Part shown: positions 44,692 to 56,061 of the stretch, piece after piece | Position numbering within the stretch: the stretch's first letter is position 1 | Layout of the letters: every line of letters starts with the position of its first letter | From: Candidatus Krumholzibacteriia bacterium | GTDB lineage: Bacteria; Krumholzibacteriota; Krumholzibacteriia; LZORAL124-64-63 | Assembly (NCBI GenBank): GCA_030592845.1 | Contig: JAUVII010000004.1 | Coordinates: 1-58,881, forward strand | Reading direction: 5' to 3' | Length of the DNA: 58,881 bases | Made by a program: the position numbers and the translations under genes | Notes under the pieces: generated by a model | What the model was told of the DNA's origin: nothing | The model's input: the letters and a program-made list of their open reading frames with translations, nothing else | Database searches by the model: none

Positions 44692-46890
44692 CTAGTCCAG
44701 GGGCGCCACTTGGCTGAAATCAGCGAAACGGGCAAATAGACCGTGAATTTCACGGAGAAACCCAATTCTGACTTTCCGCAGGGCCTCATCCTCCACGTTG
44801 ACCCGCACCGTATCAAAAAAGATGTCGATCGCCGGCCCCAGGCCCGAAAAAACAGCGAAAACCTGGGCATAATCCCCAGTCTTTTCCGCCTGGTCAAGGC
44901 GCGGCGCGGCGTTTACGACCTGATCACGCAGATCCTGTTCCGCCGATTCCTGCAGATCACCGAAGTCCTCCACTGAAGATCCGCGCCCACCGGCGAGCCA
45001 CCGATCCAGACATTGGTCCAGGCCATCGACGGGCAGGATATCCCCCTTGAGGATATTCCGGCACCTTTTGAATCCGGTGGCCAAAAGCTGGAAATCCTCC
45101 CTGTCCCGATAGCCGGCCAGGGCATTGATCCAGGTCAGGGCATCAAGGGGGTCGCGCCACCGGACCGGAAGTACCGCGCGCACGGCTTCCGGACTGCAAC
45201 CCAGGTTTTCGGTGAAATAACCGGCCATCCGGGTTCTCACAAAATCATGGATTTCACCTCGCGCGCCTTCGGCGTCCCCATCAGCCGACAGGGGACCCAC
45301 CTGGGCCATGGCCTGGGCAAGGGCGGCTTCCAGGTCGATCCTGAGTTCCAGATCCAGAATGATTCTCAGAATTGCCAGAACATGACGGCGAAGGGCGTAG
45401 GGGTCCTTGGCTCCGGTGGGCGCGAAACCGGCCAACCAGCACCCGGCCACGTTGTCCAGGCGGTCGGCGACCGAAAGGGAGCTGCTGATCCGGTCCCCCG
45501 GCAGGTCCCCCGCGGCCGACCTGGGATAATAGTGTCTTTCGATGGCCCGGCAGACCTCTTCGGGCTCCCCCGCTTCCGCAGCGTAACTGGCCCCGATAAA
45601 CCCTTCCAGTTTGGTGAATTCCTTCCCGTCCCTGATCATTTCGCTGACCAGATCGCTCTTGCAGATGCCGGCTGCGCGAACCAGGGCGGCGGGAACCTCT
45701 TCAGTATCCCCCAGGCCATGACCCCAAAGCCAGGAAACAAGGGTTTCCAGGCGGCGGGTCTTGTCTCCCACGGACCCAAAGCCCTTGAGCCAGGTGACGT
45801 CGTCCAGCATTCCTCGAAAATCATCAGGCGATTTTTTCTGGTCGAACGTCCAGTAGAAAAGGGCGTCCGCCAACCGGGCGTTCAGAACCCTTTCGTTACC
45901 CCTGGTCACGTTTTCCAGGTGGTCGGGGCCCCCGTCGCGAACGGCCGCGAAGCGGGGCATCAGGCCGTCGGCTTTGGCCGACCCCACGGAAAAATACCGC
46001 TGGTGGGCTTTGAGCGCGGTGGTGATGACCTCCGCCGGAAGGGCAAAGTAGTCTTCGCTGTAGGAGCCCAGAAACGGGGTGGGGAATTCGCAGAGGAAGA
46101 CCACTTCGGTCAGCAGTTCCTCGTCTTCCAGCAGGCGCGCATCCGGATCATAGGAGTCCAGGAGCCGGGCAAACCCCGTGCGGATTATTTCGATGCGGTC
46201 CCGGTGGTCGACCATGATGCCGGCTTCGAGGAGAACACCCTGATAGCTGCCGGGATCCTTGATTTCGAGGGGACGGTCTCCGGCGAGGGTCCGGTGGCCG
46301 CGGGACATCCGGCCGCTCGACAGGTAATCCACCTGAAAAGGCACGATTTCGGTTCCCAACAGGGACACCATCCATTGCAGGGGACGGGGATATTCCAGGT
46401 CGTGATCACCCCACCGCATCACCTTGCGGTAAGGGACGTCCAGAATGACGCGCGGCACAAGATCCGCCAGAACCGCGGCCGCGGGCAGGCCGGTTTCGGT
46501 TTTTCGGGCCAACAGGAACTCGCCCCGCTGATCTTCTCCCCGCCCACAATCAGCCAGATCGATCCCCGCCTTGCGGGCAAAGCCCTCGGCCGCCGGAGTC
46601 GGCTTGCCGTCGGGATCAAAGGCGACCGATACCGGGGGGCCCTTGATTTCCACCTCGCGGTCCGGCTGCCGGGTGCTCAGACGTTCGATCATCAGGGCCA
46701 TCCTGCGTGGAGTGGCCATGACCGTCAATCCCTCCGCCTGCAAATGGGCGGTCTTGAGCTCCTCTTCCATCCGGCTGCGCAGTTCCTTCATGGCTCCCGG
46801 GATGAAGCGGGCGGGAATTTCCTCGCTCCCGATTTCCAGAAGGAACGGCAGATACGAGCTGGTGGTCTGGCTGTTGGCTGGCTGACTCAT
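44692..46890 (-). CDS. glyS: Glycine--tRNA ligase beta subunit
   Basis: [29 protein letters not shown].. is the typical GlyS N-terminus. Its ATG overlaps the glyQ stop in ATGA. The ORF extension to 47055 is an artefact. Confidence 0.93.
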   Translation of the reverse strand: MSQPANSQTTSSYLPFLLEIGSEEIPARFIPGAMKELRSRMEEELKTAHLQAEGLTVMATPRRMALMIERLSTRQPDREVEIKGPPVSVAFDPDGKPTPAAEGFARKAGIDLADCGRGEDQRGEFLLARKTETGLPAAAVLADLVPRVILDVPYRKVMRWGDHDLEYPRPLQWMVSLLGTEIVPFQVDYLSSGRMSRGHRTLAGDRPLEIKDPGSYQGVLLEAGIMVDHRDRIEIIRTGFARLLDSYDPDARLLEDEELLTEVVFLCEFPTPFLGSYSEDYFALPAEVITTALKAHQRYFSVGSAKADGLMPRFAAVRDGGPDHLENVTRGNERVLNARLADALFYWTFDQKKSPDDFRGMLDDVTWLKGFGSVGDKTRRLETLVSWLWGHGLGDTEEVPAALVRAAGICKSDLVSEMIRDGKEFTKLEGFIGASYAAEAGEPEEVCRAIERHYYPRSAAGDLPGDRISSSLSVADRLDNVAGCWLAGFAPTGAKDPYALRRHVLAILRIILDLELRIDLEAALAQAMAQVGPLSADGDAEGARGEIHDFVRTRMAGYFTENLGCSPEAVRAVLPVRWRDPLDALTWINALAGYRDREDFQLLATGFKRCRNILKGDILPVDGLDQCLDRWLAGGRGSSVEDFGDLQESAEQDLRDQVVNAAPRLDQAEKTGDYAQVFAVFSGLGPAIDIFFDTVRVNVEDEALRKVRIGFLREIHGLFARFADFSQVAPLD

Positions 46891-47771
46891 TCGGCCTTTT
46901 TCTCCTTGAGGAGGGGGAAACCCAGGTCTTCCCGGCTCTGGACATATCCGCGGGCGGCGGCGCGGGACAGGTTTCTGACCCTGGCAATGAATCCCGTGCG
47001 TTCGGTCACCGAGATGGCGCCGCGGGCCTCGAGAACGTTGAAGATGTGACTGCATTTGATGACCGCGTCATATCCGGGGTGAACGAGCCCGGCCTCCAGA
47101 AGGGCCTGGGCTTCGGCTTCCTTGTCGTCGAAATGCCGGCGGTACATGGCCACGTCGGCCTGATCGAAATTGAAGGCGGAATATTCCTTCTCGAACTGCC
47201 CCATCACGTCACCCCAGGTCAGGCCGCCCCCCCAGACCAGATCCTTCACGTGATCCACTTCCTGGATAAACATGCACAGCCGCAGAAGACCATAGGTCAG
47301 TTCCACCGCCACCGGTTTGCACCGCACCCCGCCCACCTGCTGGAAATAGGTGAACTGGGATACTTCCATCCCGTCGAGCCAGACTTCCCAGCCCAGGCCG
47401 GCAGCACCGAGGGTGGGCGACTCCCAGTCATCTTCCACGAAACGGATATCGTGCTCCGCGGGGTTGATCCCCAGGGAATGAAGGGATTCCAGGTACAGTT
47501 CCTGGCTGTTGGCCGGATTGGGTTTGAGAATGACCTGATACTGCAGGAACTGGTGGACGCGGTTGGGATTCTCGAGATAGCGTCCGTCCTTGGGCCTTTT
47601 GCTCGGCTCGACGTAGGCCACTTTCCAGGGCTCCGGGCCCAGAGCCCTCAAAAAGGTGCTGGGATTGAAGGTGCCCGCCCCCACCTCGCTGTTGTAGGGC
47701 TGCACGATCACGCAGCCGTAATCGCTCCAGAACTTTTGGAGAGAGGCGATCATCTGCTGGTATTCCATCAT
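46887..47771 (-). CDS. glyQ: Glycine--tRNA ligase alpha subunit
   Basis: [25 protein letters not shown] and [10 protein letters not shown], highly conserved GlyQ sequence. Confidence 0.95.
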   Translation of the reverse strand: MMEYQQMIASLQKFWSDYGCVIVQPYNSEVGAGTFNPSTFLRALGPEPWKVAYVEPSKRPKDGRYLENPNRVHQFLQYQVILKPNPANSQELYLESLHSLGINPAEHDIRFVEDDWESPTLGAAGLGWEVWLDGMEVSQFTYFQQVGGVRCKPVAVELTYGLLRLCMFIQEVDHVKDLVWGGGLTWGDVMGQFEKEYSAFNFDQADVAMYRRHFDDKEAEAQALLEAGLVHPGYDAVIKCSHIFNVLEARGAISVTERTGFIARVRNLSRAAARGYVQSREDLGFPLLKEKKAE

Positions 47772-48655
47772 CCTGAGCTGTCCTTTCCAGCACGCAGCAA
47801 ATCCAGGGCCGCGGGCAGACGATAACCGGGCAGGTGGTAGCCCAAAAACCTGTGCAGGAGGGCGCCCAATTCACGGCGCATTTGCCGGGGCAGGGGATCT
47901 CCATCGGCGGCGGCCACTTCCATGGCCGCGCGCGCGCGCGCCATTTCCTGCAGGTGAACCAGGGCCTCGGGACCGAGGGGACGGCCACCGCGGGTCGAAT
48001 CCTGGACGGCGCAAGCACCGCACACTACGCCGCCCTCGGCCGGGTTGAACCGCAGGGAATACTGCTCCGAAAAAGCCGGGTCACCTCCGCAGACAACACA
48101 GGCGGATACTTCGGGAGCCATTCCGTGCATGGCCAGCAAGTCCCATTCGAAGGCAAAAAACAACAGGGCCGGGCGGTTGCAGGACCGGGACGATAACATC
48201 CTCACGAAGCTCCCGCAAACGGCAAACAGAACCGCCGAGGCTTCGGCACCCGGATCGGCCTGACCGCCGGCAGCGGCAGCTTCGGAAACGCCGGTTGTCC
48301 CGATGGCTTCCGTATTCCCGAAGGGCCGGCAACGATCCACCAGTTCCAGCGCGCCCAAAAGGTACGCGGATCTTTCCAGGGTCGCGCCTTCCCCCATGGG
48401 GTCCAGATCCACTTCGCCACCCCGCAGGAACTGGAGTTCCCTCTGGGAGTCCAGACTGAATTCCGCGGTCACCAGGCGGCCGGGCTCGATCAGGGGCCGC
48501 AGGGCCGAACGCGGACCGCGGGCACCCTTGGCGATCACCTTGACGTAACCATGGTCCCTGGTCAGAAGCGAGACCACCGCGCTGGTTTCGCCACAGGACC
48601 AGGTCCGCAGGACCAGGGCCTCGGTGCAGGCGGCGGGACGGGTCATGACGCCCAT
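47768..48655 (-). CDS. recO: DNA repair protein RecO
   Basis: N-terminal OB-fold pattern ([24 protein letters not shown]) and a zinc-finger CVVCG..CGAC. It carries a ~25-aa Ala/Gly-rich insertion. Confidence 0.85.
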   Translation of the reverse strand: MGVMTRPAACTEALVLRTWSCGETSAVVSLLTRDHGYVKVIAKGARGPRSALRPLIEPGRLVTAEFSLDSQRELQFLRGGEVDLDPMGEGATLERSAYLLGALELVDRCRPFGNTEAIGTTGVSEAAAAGGQADPGAEASAVLFAVCGSFVRMLSSRSCNRPALLFFAFEWDLLAMHGMAPEVSACVVCGGDPAFSEQYSLRFNPAEGGVVCGACAVQDSTRGGRPLGPEALVHLQEMARARAAMEVAAADGDPLPRQMRRELGALLHRFLGYHLPGYRLPAALDLLRAGKDSSG

Positions 48656-48657
48656 GG

Positions 48658-50088
48658 TCAGGCCCCGCGGCCGAGGCTCAGCAGAAGGGTGGCCAGGCCC
48701 AGGTAGATGACCATGCTCACGATGTCGTTGGCGGTGGTAATGAAGGGACCGGTGGCCACGGCGGGATCGATTCCCACCCGGTGCAGCATCAGGGGAATTC
48801 CCGAACCGGCCATCGCCGCGAAAAGAACGACCAGCAGCATGGAAAAACTCAGGACCGCCGAAAGGTTGGGATCGCTGCTGATCAGCCAGGAGATCAAGTA
48901 GATAAAGGCGGCAACCGCCGCTCCGGTCATGAAAGCAGTACCCAGTTCGCGGCCCAGATGACGGCCGAGGTGATAGAAATCCACTTCGCCGGTGGCCAGG
49001 CCGCGTACAACCACGGAAGAGGTCTGGATCCCGATATTGCCGGCCGTTCCCATGATCATGGGGATGTACAGGGCCAGGGCCACCATGGTTTCGATGCTCT
49101 GCTCATAATGGGACATGACCAGGACGGCCCCCAACTGGCCCAGCATTGCTCCCAGCAGCCAGGGCAACCGGGACCGGGCCACGCGAAAGCTGGATTGCTC
49201 CCCGAATTCCTCTTTGCTCACACCCGCGAGGCGCGCCATGTCCTCGGTGGCCTCCTCCTCCATCACGTCCATCACGTCGTCGGCGGTGACAAGTCCCACC
49301 ATCTCCATGCCACTGTCGACCACCGGCAGGGAAATCAAGTCATGGGTCTGGACGAAGTCGGCCACTTCCTCCTGGTCCAGGTCGACTTCGACGTAAAGGG
49401 GGTCCGCCTCCATGACATCCCTGACCACCGCGTCCGGAGCCGTAATCAAAAGGCGAAACAGGGGCAGACGGCCCACCAGTTTTCCCTCCGGATTCAGCAC
49501 ATAGACGAAATGGGTCTGTTCCAGATCGTCCTCATCGAGTTCGCGCAGGACCGCCACCGCCTCGCCGGCGGTCTGTTCCTCGGTGCAGATCGCGAATTCC
49601 TTACCCATGATGCCGCCGGCTGACTCCGGTGGATACTGGAGCAGGTCCGCGACTTCAATGCGTTCGGTTTCCTCCATGGCGGCGAGGACTTCGGCAGCCT
49701 GTTCGGTATCGAGCTCGCCGATGACATCGGCCGCCTCGTCCGAGGGCATTTCCTCGATGATGTCGGCGATCTCGTCGATATCCAGCAGGGTGAACAGGAC
49801 GCTCAGGCTGCGGTTGTCGATTTCGCTGAGCACTTCGGCCAGGGGATCGGGCGGCAGCATGCGGAGGATGCGGGCCGTGTCCTCGACATTCATGAAGCGC
49901 AGGACCTCGGAAAGGTCCCCGGGACTCAGGCCCATGGCGAGTTCCCGCAGGGATTCGGTATCGTCCTCGCCAAGGAGTTCGCCGAATTTCAATTCCAGCG
50001 CGTGGCGCTCGGCATCCAGATTCGCCGGATCCAGGATCAGGTCGTCCGGCTTTCCCGGATCAGGGTTGTCGGAAAATCTGTCCGTCAC
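48658..50088 (-). CDS. mgtE: Magnesium transporter MgtE
   Basis: MgtE N-domain, a CBS pair and a C-terminal 5-TM domain (..GNIGIQTSSVVVRGLATGE.. and DPAVATGPFITTANDI). Confidence 0.92.
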   Translation of the reverse strand: MTDRFSDNPDPGKPDDLILDPANLDAERHALELKFGELLGEDDTESLRELAMGLSPGDLSEVLRFMNVEDTARILRMLPPDPLAEVLSEIDNRSLSVLFTLLDIDEIADIIEEMPSDEAADVIGELDTEQAAEVLAAMEETERIEVADLLQYPPESAGGIMGKEFAICTEEQTAGEAVAVLRELDEDDLEQTHFVYVLNPEGKLVGRLPLFRLLITAPDAVVRDVMEADPLYVEVDLDQEEVADFVQTHDLISLPVVDSGMEMVGLVTADDVMDVMEEEATEDMARLAGVSKEEFGEQSSFRVARSRLPWLLGAMLGQLGAVLVMSHYEQSIETMVALALYIPMIMGTAGNIGIQTSSVVVRGLATGEVDFYHLGRHLGRELGTAFMTGAAVAAFIYLISWLISSDPNLSAVLSFSMLLVVLFAAMAGSGIPLMLHRVGIDPAVATGPFITTANDIVSMVIYLGLATLLLSLGRGA

Positions 50089-50798
50089 TGTTCCAGATCC
50101 TTTTCTGTTTCCCCGCCCGGAGCGGCGGCTTCGGCCTTCAGGGCCAGTTGAACTGCCTGGTCCCCGATCAGGGTGGCCTGTTCGGGCGTCATGATGGCCC
50201 CCCCGGAAACGATGAGCTTAATGGCCTCTTCCACGGGGATGGACAGCTCCACCAACTCCCGGCGAGGCACCAGAAGCATGAAACCCGAAGTGGGATTGGG
50301 AGTCGTGGGCAGGAACACGTTGACCAGGGGCTGTTCCATTTCGTCCCGGGTCACGAATCCCATGGAATAGAGTCCCCGGCGGGGATAGGCGAACATGACC
50401 ACCTTCTGGAAAGCGGTGCGGCGGTCCTGCAGGAAAACCTGGGCGATCTGTTTGACGGCGGAAAATACGCTCTTGACCACCGGAATCTGTTCGAAGAATT
50501 TTTCCAGGACCCTGAAAAACGCGATGCCGATGAGGTTGCGCGTGAACAAGCCCACCAGGGTGATCAGGAGCACGAAGACCACGACCCCGATAAGCGTCAG
50601 CAGAAAATTGGGGTAGGTTTCGGTGACCGCCGGAATACGCTGCAGCCAGGGTCGCATGGTCGCACTGATCAGCACGTAGAACCGCCAGAGGATCCAGGAC
50701 GTGATGACCAGCGGAGTGATGGACAGCAACCCCGTCAGAAAATGTCTCTGCATGAACCTATACATGGCATCAGTCCCCGCTGGTGGTGGTTTGATCAC
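50085..50798 (-). CDS. DUF502-family membrane protein
   Basis: Two N-terminal TM segments followed by the conserved GFVT...PTTPNPTSGF..VP motif. Confidence 0.8.
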   Translation of the reverse strand: MIKPPPAGTDAMYRFMQRHFLTGLLSITPLVITSWILWRFYVLISATMRPWLQRIPAVTETYPNFLLTLIGVVVFVLLITLVGLFTRNLIGIAFFRVLEKFFEQIPVVKSVFSAVKQIAQVFLQDRRTAFQKVVMFAYPRRGLYSMGFVTRDEMEQPLVNVFLPTTPNPTSGFMLLVPRRELVELSIPVEEAIKLIVSGGAIMTPEQATLIGDQAVQLALKAEAAAPGGETEKDLEQ

Positions 50799-50810
50799 CC
50801 AACCGGATCA

Positions 50811-52136
50811 TCATTCCTCATCCCGCCGGTGGTATCCGGGCAATGGCTCGGAAGCCTTCAGCAGGACCCGCAGTATCCGCTGGTCGGCCACGTCCTCCAC
50901 CTGGATGACAAATCCCGCCACTTCCACCTGGTCGCCTTTTTCCGGAACATTTCCGGCGGCCTCGTAGATCAAGCCGCCCAGGGTCTCGCTGGTTTCAATC
51001 CCCTCGGCGGCACCGAAAGTGACACCCAGCATTTCCTCCAGGTCCTCCAGGTCGATCTTGGGATCCAACCTGACGGTGGCATCGTCCACCCAGGTCAGGA
51101 GATTTTCATCGGGGTCGAATTCATCCTGGATTTCACCGACGATTTCCTCGATCACATCCTCGAGGGTCACCAGACCCGCGGTCCCCCCGTACTCGTCGAT
51201 GACCACCGCCATATGAATGCGCTTGGCCCGGAACTCGTCGAGAACCTCATCGATCTTCTTGCTCTCCGGGATGTAGTAGGGCGGGTGCACCAGGTTTTTC
51301 AAATTGAATTCCCCGCCCGAAATATCGCCTTCCCGAAAAATTTTCAACAGGTCTTTCGAATAGAGAATGCCCGTGACCTTGTCCACGCTGCCGTCAAAAA
51401 CAGGCACCCTTGAATGGCCGCTGGCGATGACCGCGGCCAGGGTTCCCGCCAGGTCGGCCTCCCCGTCCAGGGCAACCATATCGATGCGCGGGATCATGAT
51501 CTCCCTGACGGCCGTGTCGTGAAAGTCGAAGATGCTCTGTATCATCTCCCTTTCATCCTCGTCGAGGGTGACGTTTTCCCCGTCTTCGGTCATGAGGCTG
51601 CGGATCTCCCCGGCCGAAAGGTGGGGCTGCATCTCGGCCGTCCAGAGAGTGTCGTCCAGTTTGTCCATGACCATCAGCATCATGGCCGTCCAGGGCCGCA
51701 GCAACCAGGTAAGGGGATAGACCATCGCGCCGACGATGCGGGCGTAGGCCAGGGCGGTTCCCGCCGCCAGCATCTTGAAGACGAGCCCACCAAGGCTCCA
51801 GGCCAGGAAGGCGGTTACCGCATACAGCAGGTAAAAGGTCGGGTCGAGCGCACCGGGCCACTGGAGGGTCAGAAGATGCCCCCAGCCGAAGGCGCCAATC
51901 AGGGTAAAAACCAGGAACAGGGTCCCGATGGTCACCTGGAAACGGCGGTCGTTTTCCAGGTAGTCACGTAAAACCGTACCCAGGGAATCCTGTTCCAAAA
52001 GCCCGTTGCGAAACAAACCGCTGATGCGGTAGTGGGCCGTCATCAAACCGCCCATGAGCATGGCGCCCACCCAGGCGACAATGGTCAATACAATCGTTCC
52101 CGTCGCTGCGGACAAACCGGCACCCGTACCTTCCAT
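50811..52136 (-). CDS. Hemolysin-family / CorC-like protein (DUF21-CBS pair-CorC_HlyC)
   Basis: Four-TM DUF21 region, REIMIPR, a CBS pair and a C-terminal transporter-associated domain. Confidence 0.88.
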   Translation of the reverse strand: MEGTGAGLSAATGTIVLTIVAWVGAMLMGGLMTAHYRISGLFRNGLLEQDSLGTVLRDYLENDRRFQVTIGTLFLVFTLIGAFGWGHLLTLQWPGALDPTFYLLYAVTAFLAWSLGGLVFKMLAAGTALAYARIVGAMVYPLTWLLRPWTAMMLMVMDKLDDTLWTAEMQPHLSAGEIRSLMTEDGENVTLDEDEREMIQSIFDFHDTAVREIMIPRIDMVALDGEADLAGTLAAVIASGHSRVPVFDGSVDKVTGILYSKDLLKIFREGDISGGEFNLKNLVHPPYYIPESKKIDEVLDEFRAKRIHMAVVIDEYGGTAGLVTLEDVIEEIVGEIQDEFDPDENLLTWVDDATVRLDPKIDLEDLEEMLGVTFGAAEGIETSETLGGLIYEAAGNVPEKGDQVEVAGFVIQVEDVADQRILRVLLKASEPLPGYHRRDEE

Positions 52137-52143
52137 GAACCGA

Positions 52144-52698
52144 TCAGCTCCCTTCCAGGAGGGGATGGGACAAACCTTCTCCAGCCAGGATTTCAGCTTC
52201 CACTTCCCTCATGGCCGCCGTTTCCCCGTCGCTCTCATGATCCCAACCCAGAATATGCAAAATGCCGTGGACTACAAGCAGGGGAATTTCCTGGTTTTCG
52301 GGCCAGTTCCTTTCCCCGCAACGCTCGACAATGAAACCCGGGGCCAGAACCACCTCTCCCACCACCTGCGCCTGATCATTCTCCTGCGCAAAGGCCAGTG
52401 AATCCAGCCACAAATCCGCATAGGCATGGCCCTGGCCGTGTTTCAACACCGCATCACCGCTGCCGGCGCCCTGGAGATAGGAAAAAGACAGGACATCGGT
52501 CACCCCGGGCACATTCCTGAAATCCTTGTTCAAGCCGGCCATGATGCCGTCGTCGACCAGCACCACGTCGCATCCCCAATGGGGGAGTCCCAGGCCCGCG
52601 GCCAACCTCGCGACCAGCCCCGTTCGAAAACCCTCCGCGTCCCAGGCGGCGCCAAGAGGGACCGGTCGTGTTCGCCGTTCCACAAGCCGCAGATTCAC
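52144..52698 (-). CDS. ybeY: Endoribonuclease YbeY (rRNA maturation)
   Basis: Zinc motif HGILHILGWDH. Confidence 0.92.
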   Translation of the reverse strand: MNLRLVERRTRPVPLGAAWDAEGFRTGLVARLAAGLGLPHWGCDVVLVDDGIMAGLNKDFRNVPGVTDVLSFSYLQGAGSGDAVLKHGQGHAYADLWLDSLAFAQENDQAQVVGEVVLAPGFIVERCGERNWPENQEIPLLVVHGILHILGWDHESDGETAAMREVEAEILAGEGLSHPLLEGS

Positions 52699-55037
52699 GA
52701 ACCCGCCTTTCTTTCGCCCCGGCGCTCGGGGACCTTCTCGGTATCCCGGTCCTTCTGCCCCGGGTAAACGATGCGCGAATGGTGAATACCGGTCAGCAGC
52801 GGGATAAATGACTCCCGGATTCCGGCCAGATCACTGAGAGTCAGGCCGGACTGGTCCATCTCGCCACTGAGCATGCGCTTGTCGATGATCTGTTTGGAAA
52901 TTTCCCTGATCCGGCTTGGAGTCGGTTTGGCCAGGGACCGGGTAGCCGCCTCCACTGCGTCGGCCAGCATCAGGATCGCCGTTTCCCTCGACCGCGGCTT
53001 GGGACCGGGATAGCGGAAATCATCCACCTTCACCGTTTCGTTGCCGTCGCCTTCTAGGGCCTTGTGGTAGAAATATTCCATCACCATGGTGCCGTGATGT
53101 TCGGGGATGAAATCGATCACCATCTGGGGAAGGCGCCATTTGCGGCCCAGGTCGATCCCGTCCTTTACATGGGCGGCAATCACCAGGGCGCTCATGCTGG
53201 GACTCAACTCGTCGTGTTTGTTGAATTCCGGTCTCTGGTTTTCCACATAGTATTCGGACTTCTGCATCTTGCCGATGTCGTGAAAAAGAGCGCCCACCCT
53301 GGTCAACAGGGCGTTGGCATCGATGGCCCGCGCGGCATGCTCCGCCAGTTGCCCCACCACCTGGCTGTGGTGATAGGTTCCCTGGGCCTCGAGAGCCATC
53401 CTCTTCAACAGGGGATGGTTCAAGTCCGAAAGTTCAAGCAGGGTCAGATCGGAACAAACCCCCACCAGGGGTTCGATGACCGGCAACAGGAACAGCCCGA
53501 AGGCCACCAGCAGGACGGGTGTGAACAGACCCACCATGTAAATGTGACCGATCCCGCCTTCCGGTCCGAAGGCCTCGGTGCCCAGCAGAAAAATCAGCGT
53601 CCCCGAAAGAAAAGTCAGCAGCATGATGGTCTGATAGAACTGACTGCGTTTCTGGATCCGGCGAACCGAAACCACGGTGACCATTCCCAGGATGTACCAG
53701 AAAAATATGTTCCCCGGGCTGATTCCCGGTAAGAACGCCAGCAGCATCACGCCCAGAAGTGTCGTCGTAAAGCCCACCTTCGACTTGAAGAGAACCGTGG
53801 CAAACAGGGACAGCAGGATGACCGGTACCGCCAGCGGACCCAGGGCGGGACGGCTCAGGGCAAACCAGGCTCCCACCAGATAGACAGCCAGAACCAGGGT
53901 CAGGGCCAAAAGGAACCGCAGGCTGCGCAACCGTTCCGGAAAATGAATGAAGGCCAGCCAGCCGAACAATCCCAGGGCGACAGCCACCAGCAGGCCCCGA
54001 ACAATAAAGCGCGATATCCGCCCGGGTCCGTCGTCTCCCCCACCGCGATCCTGCAGGAGGGATTTCAACTCTTCCAGGTAAAGAGCCTGTTGTTCGGTAA
54101 CCCGAACCCCCTGGTCGACAATGCGCTCTTCCGGCAGGAAACCCTTGGTCGTGGGAACGGATTCCCTGGCGGCATCCTGACGTTTGCGGGTCTCGATCGG
54201 ATCGTAGGTCAGGTTGGGCGAAATGAACGGCCGCATGACACTGGCCCCGAGACCGGCCTCATGGGATTTCATGCCCGCGGCGAGAAGTTCGGTGGAAAGA
54301 CGTTTTTCCAGGTTTGGCGGGACGGAGATCTTGTCCAGCCCGTGAAGTGTCTCTGACGAGGAAGTCTGGACGACGATCCTGTCGTATTTCCCCACCGGCA
54401 GCATATCGGCCACACCGTCACGAATCACACGGGACCAGGCCCGCTCCATCCGGCCAACCAGGGAGTCCGGTTCCTGGGTGGCCAACAGGGCGGGGATTTC
54501 ATCCGGACGGGCCGAAGGGTACTGAAGTGCCAGAAGGCCGATCTTCTCCTGGGCGCCACCCGTGGTGTCGGCCAGGACTCCGGCCAGCGAAGCGAGGAAC
54601 AATTCCATCCTGGCATTGCGCATCCGGCCTTTGCCCGGTTCATCCCGGACCAGGACCGGCGGTTCGACGACGACCTTCTGGAGCCTCTCCATCTGGACAT
54701 CGCGATCCAGCTTGGAAGCTTCAAAAGAGAAGGGCGCCCGAATTTCAGTATCCGCCAGCTGACCGGCTTGAGGAAAATCCGTGGACAGCCGGGGCACCGG
54801 CAGAAAAAGAAACAGGTGCAAAACGAGAAGTCCCAGCCCCAGGCCCAGGGCCCAACTCAGGGAACGGTCCTTTCGAGAGGCCTCCCCCATCCCGGCAGCC
54901 ATCGATGAGGACTTGCCGGCGGTTTTACCGGGGTTCTTACCCGGGGACTTGCCCGCTGACCTGACAGTACTGCGGCCCTCGCGCATGGAACCGTCGCGGG
55001 ATATCCAGTCCCACAGGCTCAGCCACCATTTGGCCAT
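52695..55037 (-). CDS. 7TM receptor with intracellular HD/HDIG domain (PgpH/YqfF family)
   Basis: Extracellular N-domain, seven TM helices, HSQVV..LFHDIGK and a second HD-region motif. The start is placed at the ATG at 55037 (MAKWW..) to avoid overlap with phoH. Confidence 0.88.
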   Translation of the reverse strand: MAKWWLSLWDWISRDGSMREGRSTVRSAGKSPGKNPGKTAGKSSSMAAGMGEASRKDRSLSWALGLGLGLLVLHLFLFLPVPRLSTDFPQAGQLADTEIRAPFSFEASKLDRDVQMERLQKVVVEPPVLVRDEPGKGRMRNARMELFLASLAGVLADTTGGAQEKIGLLALQYPSARPDEIPALLATQEPDSLVGRMERAWSRVIRDGVADMLPVGKYDRIVVQTSSSETLHGLDKISVPPNLEKRLSTELLAAGMKSHEAGLGASVMRPFISPNLTYDPIETRKRQDAARESVPTTKGFLPEERIVDQGVRVTEQQALYLEELKSLLQDRGGGDDGPGRISRFIVRGLLVAVALGLFGWLAFIHFPERLRSLRFLLALTLVLAVYLVGAWFALSRPALGPLAVPVILLSLFATVLFKSKVGFTTTLLGVMLLAFLPGISPGNIFFWYILGMVTVVSVRRIQKRSQFYQTIMLLTFLSGTLIFLLGTEAFGPEGGIGHIYMVGLFTPVLLVAFGLFLLPVIEPLVGVCSDLTLLELSDLNHPLLKRMALEAQGTYHHSQVVGQLAEHAARAIDANALLTRVGALFHDIGKMQKSEYYVENQRPEFNKHDELSPSMSALVIAAHVKDGIDLGRKWRLPQMVIDFIPEHHGTMVMEYFYHKALEGDGNETVKVDDFRYPGPKPRSRETAILMLADAVEAATRSLAKPTPSRIREISKQIIDKRMLSGEMDQSGLTLSDLAGIRESFIPLLTGIHHSRIVYPGQKDRDTEKVPERRGERKAGS

Positions 55038-55056
55038 GATCCATCCTTCCGTCCTG

Positions 55057-56061
55057 TCATTTCCCGTCCTCGGCCACGCCGGCCGCATCGAAGGCCTCCA
55101 CGATTCTGCGGACCAGCGGATGCCGCACGACATCCCGCCCATCCAACTCCACGAAGGCCACCCCTTCGGTGTCCCTGAGAATATTCCGTACCAGCGCCAA
55201 TCCCGACAACCGTTTGTCCGGAAGGTCCACTTGGGTAACGTCGCCCGTCACCACGGCCTTGGACTGGACCCCCAGGCGGGTCAAAAACATTTTCATCTGA
55301 CCCAGGGTCGTATTCTGGGCTTCGTCCAGGATGACAAAGGCATTATTGAGCGTACGGCCCCTCATATAGGCCAGCGGGGAGGCTTCGATGACACCGCTGG
55401 ACATGAACCGGGCGATCTTGGCCGAACCGGAGATATCGGACAGGGCGTCGAACAGGGGCCTCATGTAGGGGTTGATCTTTTCCTGGAGATCCCCGGGCAA
55501 AAAGCCCAGTTGCTCCCCCGCTTCCACCGCGGGCCGGACCAGGACAATGCGATCGACCAACTGCCTCTTCAAATAGTCCATGGCCATGACCACGGCCAGA
55601 AAGGTCTTGCCTGTTCCGGCCGGGCCGATGGAAAACACGACGTCGTGGTCATGGACCGCCTTCACATACGCCTGCTGCCCCTTGGTCTTGACGCGGACCG
55701 CCTGACGGCTGCCGCTGGCGAACAGCAGGGGATCATCCGCCTGGAAAATCCTGGAATCCGGCTCCCATTTGCCGGCCCGGATCTCCCACAGATAGCACAG
55801 GCTGACACTGTCCACCATCTGGCCGCCCCGAATCCTCTCGACGAGGTCTTCCAGCACCTCGCGAACCATGGGCACCCCCTTTGCCGGACCGCGAATGGTC
55901 ATGCGGTCTCCGCGGGCTATCAGGGTGCCTCCGAATTTCTTTTCCAGAAAATGGAGATTGGCATCGCCGGGACCGAACAGCCCGAGCTGGTCAACCCCAT
56001 CAAGGTCCAGGATTTCCTCGACCAGGGCTCCGGATTCGCCATCGCTCCGCTGACTGGTCAT
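55057..56061 (-). CDS. PhoH-family ATPase (YbeZ-like)
   Basis: Walker [16 protein letters not shown] and [12 protein letters not shown]. Confidence 0.92.
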   Translation of the reverse strand: MTSQRSDGESGALVEEILDLDGVDQLGLFGPGDANLHFLEKKFGGTLIARGDRMTIRGPAKGVPMVREVLEDLVERIRGGQMVDSVSLCYLWEIRAGKWEPDSRIFQADDPLLFASGSRQAVRVKTKGQQAYVKAVHDHDVVFSIGPAGTGKTFLAVVMAMDYLKRQLVDRIVLVRPAVEAGEQLGFLPGDLQEKINPYMRPLFDALSDISGSAKIARFMSSGVIEASPLAYMRGRTLNNAFVILDEAQNTTLGQMKMFLTRLGVQSKAVVTGDVTQVDLPDKRLSGLALVRNILRDTEGVAFVELDGRDVVRHPLVRRIVEAFDAAGVAEDGK